Shown here in pieces: positions 51,197-64,000 of a DNA stretch of 64,000 nucleotides (position 1 is its first letter; each line of letters starts with the position of its first letter). The stretch covers positions 47,120,001 to 47,184,000 of the forward strand of contig OX597823.1 of assembly GCA_951406725.2 (NCBI GenBank), in the 5' to 3' direction. Both the position numbers and the translations under genes were made by a program. The notes below the pieces were generated by a model that saw only the letters and a list, made by a program, of their open reading frames with translations, was not told where the DNA came from and did not search any database. This DNA is from Octopus vulgaris. Its lineage: Eukaryota.

Positions 51197-51571
51197 CAGT
51201 GGTTAGAGCAGAGGACTCGCAGTCGTAGGGTCGTGGCTTCGATTCCCAGACTGGGCGTTGTGAGTGGTTATTGAGCGAAAACACCTAAACATATATATTC
51301 TTGCTGTTCTTTCTCTGATGACGGTCTAAGGAAACTAGAAACCAATCCTCACTACACGTTTTCTGTCTACCGAAAAATATATATGGCTGAGTGGTTTGAG
51401 CAGAGGACTTGCAGTCGTAGGGTCGTGGCTTCGATTCCCAGACTGGGAGTTGTGAGTGGTTATTGAGCGAAAACACCCAAATATATATATTCTTGCTGTT
51501 CTTTCTCTGATGACGGTCTAAGGAAACTAGAAACCAATCCTCACTACACGTTTTCTGTCTACAGAAAAATA
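51197..51571 (+). repeat. Tandem duplication of ~190 bp: truncated family-C head plus a CTGATGA-containing segment
   Basis: Units 51197-51380 and 51385-51571 are nearly identical. Confidence 0.9.
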
Positions 51572-52369
51572 TAACTTATGGTGTAAACACTGTATTTTTC
51601 TCAGCGTGATTAGAATTGCAGGTTTATTGAGAAAAGTATATTCTTCATGTTAATATGTATGTGTGGGTGTGCGCACGCACGTCCGCATATGCATATATGC
51701 ATATATGTACGTGTATGTGTGCATAAATACAAACACTTACATATATACGTACACACACGCATACACACATTCGCATACACACACATACCTACATAGATAC
51801 ATACACAAACATTTTTACCTTTTCAAACGTTCTACTGGTGACAAACGACTTCCCCTTCCGGTGCCGAACTATACCTATCCCGGAACCTGAAAATAAAGCA
51901 ATGACATTGATTCTTGTTTTATTTTTGGTTCTGATTTTCTTTGTGCTCTTCTCTTGGAGAAGGAATAAGATGTACTTCTTATTGAATACCTGGTCGCTTG
52001 AAATACTGTTAATGAAAATAAATGAAACTGAAGAGGTATGCAGCTACTGACACCTTAGAAATTATGTGGCTATTGATATAGGAAAAATACATATTAAATT
52101 AATCAGTCAAAATTTGCCCACGACAAAGAAATCAACGTGATTGTTGATGCATGATGCTAACAGTAAAAAGAACATTTAGTGGAAAGTCTACACGAATTCT
52201 ATCAGCATACAAGAAAGAAAGGAAATGTTAAATATATTTCTTTCAATTCTTGATAATGAGACTGTGAAGTTCTAGAAATTTCGGATATGGATTTAGGATT
52301 TGCACTCTTGCAAACCAACAGCAAAAACCTAATATGAAAATATGAAAAATACAAAGTAAGAAAAATGAA

Positions 52370-52461
<92 letters not shown>

Positions 52462-53884
52462 ACACACACACACACATACACATACACACATACACACACA
52501 ACGCACACAGAGGCATACACATTTGCACACGCACACACACATATGTATGCACATATAAGTACGCACACACATATATATGTACGTTCAAACACATGTATAT
52601 ATATTTATATTTATATACACACACACATATATACACATACATACATATATATATACATACATACATGTGTGTATGTGTGTGTATGTGCGTGTGTGGTGTG
52701 TGTGTGTGCGTGTGTGTGTTTGCGTGTGTGGTGTGGTGTGTGTGTGTGTGTTTGTAGAAACACATACTGAAACATACACACTTGCAAACATCTTGATATA
52801 GAAAAGGAACACCTGTAAACTCTGATTTATTACAAAAGAAAAAACTTACAAAAATCACTACAGAAATGAAATTAATATGGTCATGTTTATTTTATTGAAT
52901 TTTATAGAATTTTATTGAATTTTATTGAAAAAAAATATCTTGTTTCATCGTCGTTCCTTTTTTTTCTTCAGTTTCAATTCGTTTATTTTTCATTTAAGTA
53001 CATTCTTCATTTCTGTGTTTTATTGGGATTTATTTAATGTAATTAAATAGTTCATGAAACTATATTTGGTATGGCGGTTCCCTTTCCAAAAAAGCGATAA
53101 CCATCATCACATGAGGTATTGATGGTTATAGCTTCAGGGCCGGCACGAAGAAATGAAACGGAAAGCGAGATGTTTCATTACCTATTGAACAACAGGGTTC
53201 AGAAAAACCGAATCTGGCGTCGAGCCAACGAATGAACAACTAGACTTAAACTGATTTACTAGATGCAACAACCAAATCTCCCTCAAATCACGCTTTACTG
53301 TTTTAAAAGAGGGTAAATTGAATAGCTTTGTAGTACACACAATGTTTCGGTATACAACAAAAAGATGAAATTGTCCTAGCGGAAAGTGATGTTTGATTTT
53401 AGGCAAAACAGCAACATCAAAAGGATCCGGTAGTGGTCCAACAAGGGAATATCGATAAGCAGCCAAATGTCCTGCTATGACCATCCCATCTGGTTTTCTT
53501 TTGGAAAAAAAAAACATGGGATGGTCTGTGCAAGAATGCCTTCGGTTGTAGGTTTGTTTGACTTCAGCCTAAACAACAACTACAAAATCAACAATAACAA
53601 CAGATGTGGCAATAACAACATCAACTGATGAGGTTTAATGATGGCTCTGAGGTCAAGAGATAAGAAAAGGCTCACAAAACTAGCGTTTTAGTGACAGGAA
53701 GTAGTTTGACACTTCTCACTGTAAATGTTCATTGCAAGCATCCGGAAAGAATGTTTAAGGAAACACTCCATTAAATGCTGTTACATGGATGAATCCGGAT
53801 TTGTTGAAGAGTTGCTGTTCCAAACAACACATTCACTGCAATAACAAAACAACAGCATTGTTATTATTATTAACCTAAAAAAAA

Positions 53885-54335
53885 AAGCTGCGTGCTTTCA
53901 GAATCATCAGCACGCCGAGCATAATGCATAGTGGCAATTTCATCCGTCTTTACGTTCCGAGTTCAAATCCCACCGAGGTCAACTATGCTTGTCTTCCTTT
54001 TAGGATCGATAAAATAAGTCCCAGTTAAGCAATGGGGGGTCGACGTACATGACTAGTTCCCTCCCCCAAAATTCCGGGCCTTGTGCCTTCAGTAGAAATA
54101 ATGAGTATTATTTTTAACCTAAAAAGCGAGCGAGCTGGTAGAATCATTAGCACGCCGGATGAAAAGCTTGTGGTATTTTGCCTGTCGCTACGTTTTGAGT
54201 TCAAATTCCACCGAGGTCGACTTAGCCTTTCATCTTTGCGGCATCGATAAAATAAGTACCAGCAATGGGGTCAACGCAATCGACTCCTCCCTCACTTCCC
54301 TCGAAGTTTCTGGTCTTGTGCCAAAATTTGTATCC
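53885..54335 (+). mobile_element. Two tandem SINE family B copies
   Basis: agaatcat.agcacgccg head and gagttcaaat.ccaccgaggtc..tcgataaaataagt each occur twice. Confidence 0.8.
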
Positions 54336-55196
54336 ATCTTTAGCTTAAAAGCAATTCGTAGAACTGTACAAAGCAAGGGAAATTTCTTTTACAAAATGCT
54401 ATTTGTTTTGGTTAATCATATTTCCTTCTTCCATGTTGTTATCGTAGATGACTGCGTAGTCAAATGAGAAAAGATAGTAAATATAGCGAAATTTTGCAGT
54501 TGATAGCACAGTAATGTTTAGTTGCTTCCAGTGATGCAGTAAGGGGTTTTCATAAATAAATGCACTTTTAACAGGGTCAAATTAATCAACTTATATGAAA
54601 AGGCAGAGGAACAATTGAATCCTTTTGACCCATCCTTCTACGCTTCAGGTTGCTTCCTGTGTCAACATGACAGCTCGAGCTTGCAAGGGAGCATCTTCGC
54701 AGTCGATCCAAATGCTAGAAATAGCAAGCAAGTCAAATGGAATGTCACATTGAGCAATATGACACTTATACACAACCTGAAAAAAAAAGGATATTCGTGA
54801 CTAAAGCACTTTTGATCATAGGCATGTAAGTTTAGGGTTGCTGGTCTGGGGCTGTACAACAACATTTCACACAACAAGATTATACCAAAACTATCATTTT
54901 GCCTTTATAATAGGCAAGGGCGACCTTTTACGAGAAGAAGGCCGCATGGCTCATCATGCGGACTGCATTACTTAGAAGAAAAGAAAAAAAAGGTTATCTT
55001 TTGTTAGGCGTACCATTTACAAAGTACCGCAGGCCGCAGTTTTCCCATAGTTGCTTTATCGTCATTTTCAAATCGACATGATGATGTTTGTGCCAAATTA
55101 GCCAAAATAAAGCAAAAGCGAAAATAATTAATCATGAAAATAAGACAATATTTGCCTTTTAGCCGTCTCCATTCCTAGACTCTTAATGAACAAATA

Positions 55197-56325
55197 CACA
55201 GGCCAACAGCAAAAAAAAAAAAAAAAAACTGGTGTCAAAAGATTTGTGCCTGAAATAAGGTACGTTTGACACATAGACATTCAGAATTCAAAAGTGACAT
55301 CCACTTATTACCATCTTGTCAAGATTTTAAGATACTGGATCCAGAGAATTCCAATGCTTTTTCAAAGAAACAGCTTCTGAGGAACAAGGCATCACATACA
55401 AATATACATAGAATTTTTTTTTTTTTTCAACAAAACCAGGATGCTTTCGTAAAATTCTACAGAAAAATGAGTAAACATTTCAAAATTTTTACTGATCATC
55501 ATTGTTTAAGCCTAATTTCCCATGAATATGCGTTTGAATAATTTTCTGGAGTGCTGAATCTCAAGAAGATCATTGCCAAGTTCCAGCAATAGTCTGGCAT
55601 CATATGCAACTCCCATCTGTCTTGATACTTTTGTTCCATTGATTTTATTTCATGATGCAAAAGCTCTCCTTGCTCGTCACTTGTGTTACCAAGACTTTTT
55701 AGAGAATTTATCAACGTGACTGTGAAATAATTCAGCTTTATGCTCGTATTTGCTCCCAACGTACGAAACTTCTCCAGCATATTGTTGACTATTTCGGCAT
55801 AGTTGGATGTGTTTTTGCCGTCCAGAAAGTCATTTACAACTTATTATAAATGAATTCCATGTTGCTGCTTCAATGCAAATCATTAAATACACAAGATCTC
55901 CATCTTTCATCAATTTTCTGATTTGAGGCCCATCAATTTCTCCAGCTTTTATCTTTTCTCTGCTCAGACCGGGAAATGTGCTGCAGATATAAAGCACTAC
56001 TCATCCTTTATCCAGAGCTTTTACAAACTGCTTCGTAATGTCAAGTTTGAAATGAAGTGGAGGTAAGATGTTTGAACTAAAGGTTCTTGAAGCACGTTAA
56101 AAGAACCTGGAACAAACATTTTTGATGCCACCATTCTTTGATTACCCAACGTTTTTCTCTGACTCTGCTGTCCCACATACTTAAAAAGCATGGATATTTC
56201 ACAAGTAAGCAATGCATTTTTCCGAAAACTGAAGAAGACTGCGAAAATTGGTGGTTTTGTGTATCTTGATATCTAGACGTGATGGTAAAAATTGATTCCA
56301 TTTTTGGATTCAGTATATCAAATAC
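55197..56325 (-). mobile_element. Internally deleted Chapaev3-like (CMC) DNA transposon
   Basis: LGNTSDEQGELLHHEIKSMEQKYQDRWELHMMPDYCWNL (ORF 55499-55780) and EKIKAGEIDGPQIRKLMKD. CAC terminus at 55197. Subterminal inverted similarity between ~55280-55335 and ~56260-56315. Family assignment is from recalled motifs. Confidence 0.7.
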
Positions 56326-56354
56326 TACTACTACTACTACTACTACTACTAATG

Positions 56355-56446
<92 letters not shown>

Positions 56447-56557
56447 TTATTATTATTATTATTATTGTTGTTGTTATTGTTATTGTTATTGTTGTTGTTT
56501 TTGTTGTTGATGTTGTTGTTGTTGTTGTTGTTCTTCTTCTTCTTCTTGTTATTGTTA

Positions 56558-56591
<34 letters not shown>

Positions 56592-56636
56592 CATTATTAT
56601 TATTATTATCATCATCATCATCATCATTATTATTAC

Positions 56637-56700
<64 letters not shown>

Positions 56701-56750
56701 GTTGTTGTTTTTATTATTATTATTATTATTATTGTTATTATTATTATTAT
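56325..56750. repeat. Compound trinucleotide microsatellite, (ACT)(AAT) switching to (ATT/GTT/CTT/ATC)
   Basis: Direct inspection; strand polarity flips at ~56425. Confidence 0.95.
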
Positions 56751-56752
56751 AA

Positions 56753-56930
56753 GCTAAGATTCTGAGATTGGTATTTGGATATTAAATGTCTTCCACGATA
56801 ATTAACAACCAAGTATCAAAGCTTATAATACGCGGAAAGTGACCCTAAGAGTCCACTGATTGCAGGCTGCTGTCGGCTCTCACAGAATCTACCGGCACAA
56901 ACAAGACCGAACGTTCTGAGAAGTACAAGA
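56753..56930 (+). mobile_element. Extreme 3' end of a Dong/R4-clade LINE
   Basis: gct aag att ctg aga ttg gta ttt gga tat taa = AKILRLVFGY* (compare GTAKILRxVL), then a ~145 nt UTR and (AAT)n. Confidence 0.6.
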
Positions 56931-56948
56931 ATAATAACAACAACTATG

Positions 56949-57011
<63 letters not shown>

Positions 57012-57014
<3 letters not shown>

Positions 57015-57568
57015 GCCCTGATGCAGTACCAGGCAGTGGCTCTCATGGCTTCTGATCTTAACTGATTGGAAGTGTTATCATGTACATTGTTTTGTCTTGG
57101 TATAAAATATGGGCTACAGCAAATATTCTGCTCAATACCACAGATTTGCTTGTCAGTTGTTTGACCTTAACCAGTTGACCATGTCCCTTAGTGGCTGATG
57201 ATATGTGCATCTCTGATCACGAGCAGAAGTATTTGGGGAGCATCATAGCCATGTGTTGAGAGGGATTCTTTGGGGTTTGAATAAATCACCTCTGGAAACA
57301 TGGGTGTTTCGTTCAACATCCTTAAACAACCCTTATTCAGGGACCGTTTGAGCGGGATGGGCTACTCAACCTGAAGAAAATTCTAACTGGGCCCCACCTG
57401 CAAGGTCATGTGCTGTTTATCTTGATATGAGATCACCATATCGCGCACATATGGTTGTGATGCATGTGCCTGGTGTACCTTTATCAGACGGGTAGTCATG
57501 ATGGGTATATTGGGCTTCGTATATTTTACCCCAGTGTCACTTTGATGGCATGAACTGCTCTCTCACTC
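57012..57568 (+). mobile_element. ~550 bp non-coding element embedded in (AAT)n, copy 2
   Basis: See 11099-11646. Confidence 0.85.
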
Positions 57569-57621
<53 letters not shown>

Positions 57622-58699
57622 AAATCAGGTAAAAACATCCAGACAGCAAAATACTTGTTGGGTTGTGTTATAAATGATCCTGGAGTCAAAAAATGAATCC
57701 AATGGCTCTTTGTAACAATCCAAAAACAATTCTACAAAATATGTTTTGCTAATAACAAAATTACAGGCAAGGCGGCGACGACAATTTTTAAATAATAATT
57801 TAAATCTTGCTAGAAGCATTGACTATTTAAGTTTTAAGTATGAATTTATTGCTGCTTCTTTATACAATAAACTGTTAAATCTAATCTAAAATGGACATTT
57901 GTTTAATACCAGGAATTTTGCGCATTTTCATTTTTATATCCCTCAGAAGCACATCTGTATGCGATTTAGCGTCTTTGGGAAATGTCTAAATCTGAGTAAC
58001 AGCGAGACAGCGCTAGAAAAATGCTTCAGTTTCTGATTTAAGAGGAAAAAAAAAAAATGGAACTTTATGACATCTATTGAGTACTTTTCCTGGTACTTAT
58101 AAATACAACCACACACACACACATTAATGTTGATTTTTATGATAAGTTATATTAACTTATATTAATAGTTATCGCCAAGCTAATATGGCAGTTTCCGTCC
58201 CTTAATCCACTCATAAGGCCTTGGTTGACGCGGGGCTATAATAGAGGACACTTGTTCAAAGAATCACATAGAGAGACTATACCCGAAACGATATGGCTGG
58301 GAAACAAATGTCTTAGTACACAGCCAACGCTTGCGCCTATTCTTACCAAACAACCATGTCTGCTTGTTCTGCAAGCAGACGGGAGAAAATAGGGATCTTA
58401 GAACCATTTGTAGAATGTTTAATTCAGTATAACACTGGCGTCTTTTGAGGAGCTTTCCCAGGACGCTATACCGCGGCAAATTTGGCATATAAACAAAACA
58501 CTTAGTCTATATATGTGCGACTGATGCTTCCATTATCAGAGCTGCTTTTAATTCGCTACGCCGCAGCACATCAGCAAATGGACTTCAATCTATTTGCATG
58601 TAAGTCATTGACCTGTGATTCATCTTGTTTTGAGATGATCCGAGTACGTAATATTGATAAGGTGTTGATAAGCCGCAACAATGGCGAAATATCGACGCG

Positions 58700-59120
58700 T
58701 AGGCGTAACTGTGCAGAAAGAAGCTTCCTTCCTAACCACATAGTTCCAGGTTCAATCCCACTGTGTGGCACATTGGGCAAGTATCTTCTCCTATAGCCTC
58801 GGACCGACCAAAGCCTTGTGAGACGGAAACTGAAAGAAGCCCGTCATGTGTGTGTGTGTTTGTGCGTGTGTGTGAGTGTGTGTATGTTTGTACGCGTGGT
58901 TTCGTGTCTGTGTTTTACCCCCACCATCGCTTAAAAACCGATGTTTGTGTGTTTACATCCCGTAACATAGTGGTTCGGCAAAAGAGACCGATAGAATAAC
59001 TAGGCTTAGAAAGAATAAGTCCCCGGGGGCGATTTCTTCGATTAAAACCCTTTCGGGAGGTGTCCCAGCATGGTCACGGTTAAGTGACTGAAACAAGTAA
59101 AAGAACAAAAGAATAAAAGA
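58700..59120 (+). mobile_element. SINE family A, diverged
   Basis: Collinear with family A. Confidence 0.82.
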
Positions 59121-59223
59121 ATCTACCATTCTCGGCGAGTTCGAGACGAGCTGTCTTGCCTGGTCTGCGACATTCAGGTATTCTCTAACACTCGGCATTG
59201 TATAGGGAGCTTTCCTCGGACGC

Positions 59224-59746
59224 AAAATTTTTTCCCACGCGAGCTCCGGATCCTAGTAATGAATTTATTTGCATACAGCCGATCAGAGATCAACTTGGCC
59301 TTGTTGTCCAGTTAACAAACACACTCTACCGAGTAAACGCAAGACGATGAACGGTGTTGTAAGTCGACCGATCGCCAAGTTGTGACTGATTTTAGAAGGA
59401 GATTTTAGAAGGATTTTGTTAGGGTCCCATATGGAAAAGATCTGGATGGAGAAAATGTGGGTAGAGGGTGATGTGCTAGAAACCCTCTCCCCTTACTGTT
59501 TTACAAAGTAAACAGCAACACAAATAGCCACGCAGAGGCAGCTATGGTTGCAAGAAGAACAAGAAAAACAAGCATTACTGAAAGAGAACAGTAGCAATGT
59601 CATTCCTTGCCCAAGCGACTTTATCTTATCGCCCTTCACTTGTTATGCGCTCATAAATTAGTTTGATAGTTGAGCTCTGATTGGCTGTATGCAAATGATT
59701 TCATAACTGGGGTCCGGAACTCTCGTGGGGAAAAAAATTGGCTCAC
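59224..59746. mobile_element. Segment bounded by ~70 bp inverted repeats (MITE-like)
   Basis: 59225-59295 vs 59669-59739 (ttcccacg..ccgga..atttgcatacagcc.atcagag.tcaact). Flanked by cggacgc repeats. Confidence 0.7.
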
Positions 59747-61212
59747 CGGACGCTATAACGCAGCAAATTTGATGTATAAACAAAACACACACTTTGCATG
59801 TACGGCGACCAATAATGTTTACATTGCTAGAGTGAGGTCTTAGTTCGCAATTTGATATGTACACCATAGTTTTCAACTTGTAAAGTTCTGTAATGCTGAG
59901 CTCTAGACTACGTTCCAATCCTTAAACTGAGCTATCTGTAGAAGCAAATTTCTCTGCAATCTCGTTCGTAAAACTAAGCTATAACGCACATACACACAGC
60001 GAGAAAGAGAGTGGTAAGTGTACAAATAAGAGAAAACAGAAGTCAGTACATAAAGTAGTATACAATTCTATTATTTTATTTATAGCTAGCTATAAAACCA
60101 GCTCATTGACTGAAGGCCCCAGGACACTTATCAAACACCTCTTGACCCCTGACTCACTGATATTGTTTCACTTATAGCTTTGCGCCTATAAATAAAATAA
60201 TATCAATCTGTATATGTGTACATATGCTCGTACATATACACTCATACTTACACGCACCTGTAGGTCCACCGAAACACACTGAGATAAGGAGGCCTTCATG
60301 TAGTCCCCAAATTGGCTAGAAATAGTAGTCAAATTTCCTTCAACAAACACATTATTGCTTTAAAAGAAGGATACATTATTTTCTTTTTGATCTTTCATCC
60401 TTCAGTTGTTTCAGTCATTGGTCTGCGACCACGCTGGGGCATCAGCTTGAAGATTTTTTTTTCGAACGAATCGACCCCAGTACATATTTTCTAAAAGCTT
60501 GGTACTTATACGATCGGTGTCTTTTGCTAAACTGCTACGTTAGGTGGACGTAAACAAACCAAGTGGTGGTGGAGACTCAAAGACACACATAAACACACTC
60601 ACATACACACACTCACACACACACACTCACACACACACCACACACTCACACATGTATGTGTATATATATATGTGTGTGTGTTAGCATGTGTTTATACACA
60701 CACAACACAAACAGCCATATGTATAAATTAAAACAAGGATTCAAAATCCTTTTGAAGGGATGTTGGCAACCAAGTTCCCCGGTTTTATCCAGTTTATCAG
60801 TGAAAAAAACCAAAGATGTTAGTTTCGCATTCATAGACATGGATATATTACCATTTTTGTATGAGAAAACTAAAACGGACAAATTGAAATATAGACATTA
60901 ATTTATCAGAACATAATATATTGGTTGCTGAAAGGCACATAACTGAGTCTAACAAGGGTTAAACAACGCATTGGAATGTAGATCCTTTCTATCAAATTCT
61001 TCCCCTGACGAAATGCTCGATTAAAGATATTAAAAAAAAAAAAAAATAATTTGATTTCTAAAGTTGAATTAGTTGGGCATGGAAACAGCTATAGGTACAA
61101 TGGATTTGATAGTGTTCAGAATTGAATGTATTCTCATACATTAATGTCTATATATCAGTTTCTCTATGGGTTTTTTTTTTTTGTTCTCATGCAAAAATGA
61201 TATATATATATA

Positions 61213-61445
61213 AGGCGAGCTGGCAGAAACGTTAGCACGCTGGGCGAAATGCTTAGCGGTATTTCGTCTGCCGTTACGTTCTGAGTTCAAATTCCGCCTA
61301 GGTCGACTTTGCCTTTTTCATCCCTTTGGGGTCGATAAATTAAGTACCAGTTACGCACTAGGGTCGATGTAATCGACTTAATCCGTTTGTCTGTCCTTGC
61401 TTGTCCCCTCTGTGTTTGGCCCCTTGTGGGCAATAAGGACATAAA
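61213..61445 (+). mobile_element. SINE family B, near full length
   Basis: ggcgagctggcagaaacgttagcac...gttcaaattcc...ggggtcgataaattaagtaccagt. Confidence 0.88.
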
Positions 61446-61469
61446 AATGATATATATAATATATAAGGT

Positions 61470-62105
61470 TTTCAAAAATATTTCATCGTTCTCGATACAA
61501 TCAAGGAGATCTCGTGCAAATGAAACCCGAGTGTCTTTTTGGTCAGCTCAAAGCAATTTTGGCTCAAACTTAGCAGACACACATCTCATCCCCATATCTT
61601 CAGTGATAATAGACTGAACTGAACCGTAACTAATCTGCACGTCCTCTGATATCTCACGGATGGTTATTCGATGATTTCTCCTCGCATCTGCACGCACATC
61701 TGCGATATTTTTCTCAGTCCTGCTGGTTCCGGGTCTCCCACAACGTTCGTCAATATCGACATTTTTTCGGCCATCTTGGAAACGTCTGAACCACTCATAC
61801 ACTTGTGTGCGGCTCATACACTCCTCTCCATACACTTTCTGCAACTTTGCGTAGGCCTCTGAGCAGGTATCGCCATGAAAACTTTCTCTGTCATGGTCAA
61901 TGCGACGATCACATGCTACACACCTTCCTTCCAAACAATGCTGTAAAAAGCGGAAGTGAGCTACAACGCTAAAACTTAGTGCTCATGCACAGCAGAGTTC
62001 AAGGTGACAAATTACAAACACCATACCTTTGAAATTCTAACGTCTTTTTAGCTTTTTTTTCCTTTCCTTAATTTTTGCTACCGACGAAAAGTTTTTGACA
62101 ACCCA
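61470..62105 (-). pseudogene. Mariner transposase N-terminal (HTH) fragment
   Basis: KLQKVYGEECMSRTQVYEWFRRFQDGR..DERCGRP..RITIREISEDVQISYGSVQSIITEDMGMRCVSAKFEPKLL* (ORF 61548-61934). Confidence 0.92.
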
Positions 62106-62409
62106 GATTCTTAAAATGAATTTATTGTCTTCCTGTATGAAACGATCATATACCTACATGAATAAAAATAATTTCAATCCATATTAACATCTAATCTCTT
62201 CCATTTACATAAAATATGATTGAATTTGTTGAATTTTGTTTCATAAGTTAAATCATATACTTAATATACTTATATAACTTTTCATATCTACGCTAATTTA
62301 CACCAGTAGATTAATGAAAAGTATGAAGAAACAACGTTAGAAATCTTTTGGAAACTACTCCAGTTAAAGGACGAATTCACATTCAACCCTTTTAAAAATA
62401 TATATATCT

Positions 62410-62464
<55 letters not shown>

Positions 62465-62655
62465 CTTACGCCCAAAACAGCCGACCCATGGAATAACAAC
62501 GCACCACACACCTTGTGAATGTTCGATTTACAGTATATACATGTATGTATGTATGTATGTATGTATGTATGTATGTATGTATGTATGTATATATATATAT
62601 ATAGAGAGAGGGGGAGAAAGAGAGAGAGAAAGTGAGAGAGAGAGAGAGAGAGAGA

Positions 62656-63590
62656 GAGATACAATTGTATAGAATATAATTATACTTAAGGGGCACAGAA
62701 ATTACCATGCCTATGTGCTGAAAATAGACGTCAAATACGCTCAAACACTAGATATTCACACAGGTTGAAAGCGGGAAAGCCGACTGTCTAAAAATCCATA
62801 AAATAATTCAGATAGTCTTGGATTGATCAATTTCTGGATTAGTTTGGTAACTTTTCCTTCATCGGGAAAACATTTTGAGCGAATCCAGAAATTGATCAAT
62901 TCAAGACTATCTGAATTATTTTATGGATTTTTAGACAGTCTGCCTTCCAGCTTTCAACATGTGTATACCGTAAATCCTTAAGTATAGTCCGCTCTTGAGT
63001 ATAATACGCAGGGGATTTTTAGGGGGCTGTACCTCTGAAAAACCTTGTGTATAATACGCACTCCTTCTCTAACTTGAGTCGTGTGTAATTATGCCAGCAG
63101 CACCTAGTCGAACAAACACTTCCGCGCATGCGTAATACAATAATGGTGATGTTCTTAACTGTTATATGGGAATGTAAATATGTTTGCAAATTGTTTTTGT
63201 TACATGTTATTCTGTGTTCTAAATACTTTTATTTTAATAAACGTTGCTTATTGCAAGTTATGGATGATTCTTTTATGATTTCATTGATTTCAGGCTTAGT
63301 TTAAGGTATTTTCACGCCCGACATCACAAAATGTGTCTGAATAAACATTGCCAACAGCAAATAGACACTCGGACATTGCTTAGAAAATATTTTTCATCTT
63401 TAACCTCGTATATAGTACACACTAGGGGTTTTGACCTTTAAATTTTTGGGGAAAAAATGCGGATTATACTCGAGGATTTACGGTATGTGGAGTGAATATC
63501 TGCAGTGGTTGGACGTCTATCTTCAGCATATATCTATGGTAGCTTCTGTGCTCCTAAGTATAATTGTATCCTATGCAATTATGTATCTCT
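62656..63590. repeat. Foldback with ~185 bp arms; right arm split by a MITE
   Basis: Left arm 62656-62840 is the reverse complement of 62882-62967 plus 63484-63590. Confidence 0.85.
62968..63483. mobile_element. pogo/Tc2-like MITE, copy 2
   Basis: ccgtaaatcc... / ...ggatttacgg with TA TSD. Both ends homologous to 18821-19310. Confidence 0.85.
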
Positions 63591-63591
63591 A

Positions 63592-63945
63592 TTCTTTTGT
63601 TTCAGTCATTTGACTATGACCATGCTAGAGCACCGCCTTAAGTCAAAGAAATCGAGCCCAGGACTTATACTTTGTAGCCTGGTGCTTATTCTATCGGTCT
63701 CTTTTGCCGAACCGCTAAGTTATATATGTATTCCACCTAAAAGGTTTTTTTATATGCTGGCCACTGATAGGATTATTTAATTTTAATGATTTTATCTTTT
63801 ATGTTTATTTATATATGAGTGGCTGTGTGGTAAGAAGCTTGCTTCCCAACCATATGGTTCCGGGTTCAGTCCCACTTCTACTATAGCCTCGGGCCGACCA
63901 AAGTCTTGTGAGTTGATTTAGTAGACAGAAACTGAAAGAAGCCCG

Positions 63946-63950
<5 letters not shown>
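63592..63950. mobile_element. Family-A SINE fragments: tail on - (63592-63722), head on + (63817-63950)
   Basis: Match to family A. Confidence 0.8.

Positions 63951-64000
<50 letters not shown>

Overview
AT-rich eukaryotic DNA that is very dense in microsatellites, with no intact protein-coding gene that I can support. Nearly all long entries in the ORF track are (CA)n/(TA)n/(TACA)n/(AAT)n artefacts or reads through repeats. The repeat landscape is most consistent with an octopus (coleoid cephalopod) intron or intergenic region; this is inferred from the SINE types and repeat density, not proven. Content: (1) three or more high-copy tRNA-derived SINE families, labelled here A (CORE-like domain), B (Nin/Deu-like domain) and C; (2) decayed DNA transposons: hAT, mariner DD34D, DD37D/maT, Chapaev3-like, possibly piggyBac, and several MITEs; (3) fragments of RTE, CR1, Dong/R4 and Penelope-like (PLE) retroelements. 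I found no convincing novel gene system. The most interesting signals are non-coding: a ~550 bp element found twice inside (AAT)n tracts (candidate Dong/R4-mobilised non-autonomous element), minimal hammerhead ribozyme cores and foldbacks centred on hammerhead half-cores, repeated re-use of one target site by family-B SINEs, head/tail shuffling among SINEs, and closely spaced inverted SINE pairs that could form dsRNA. All coordinates were read by eye and may be off by a few bases.
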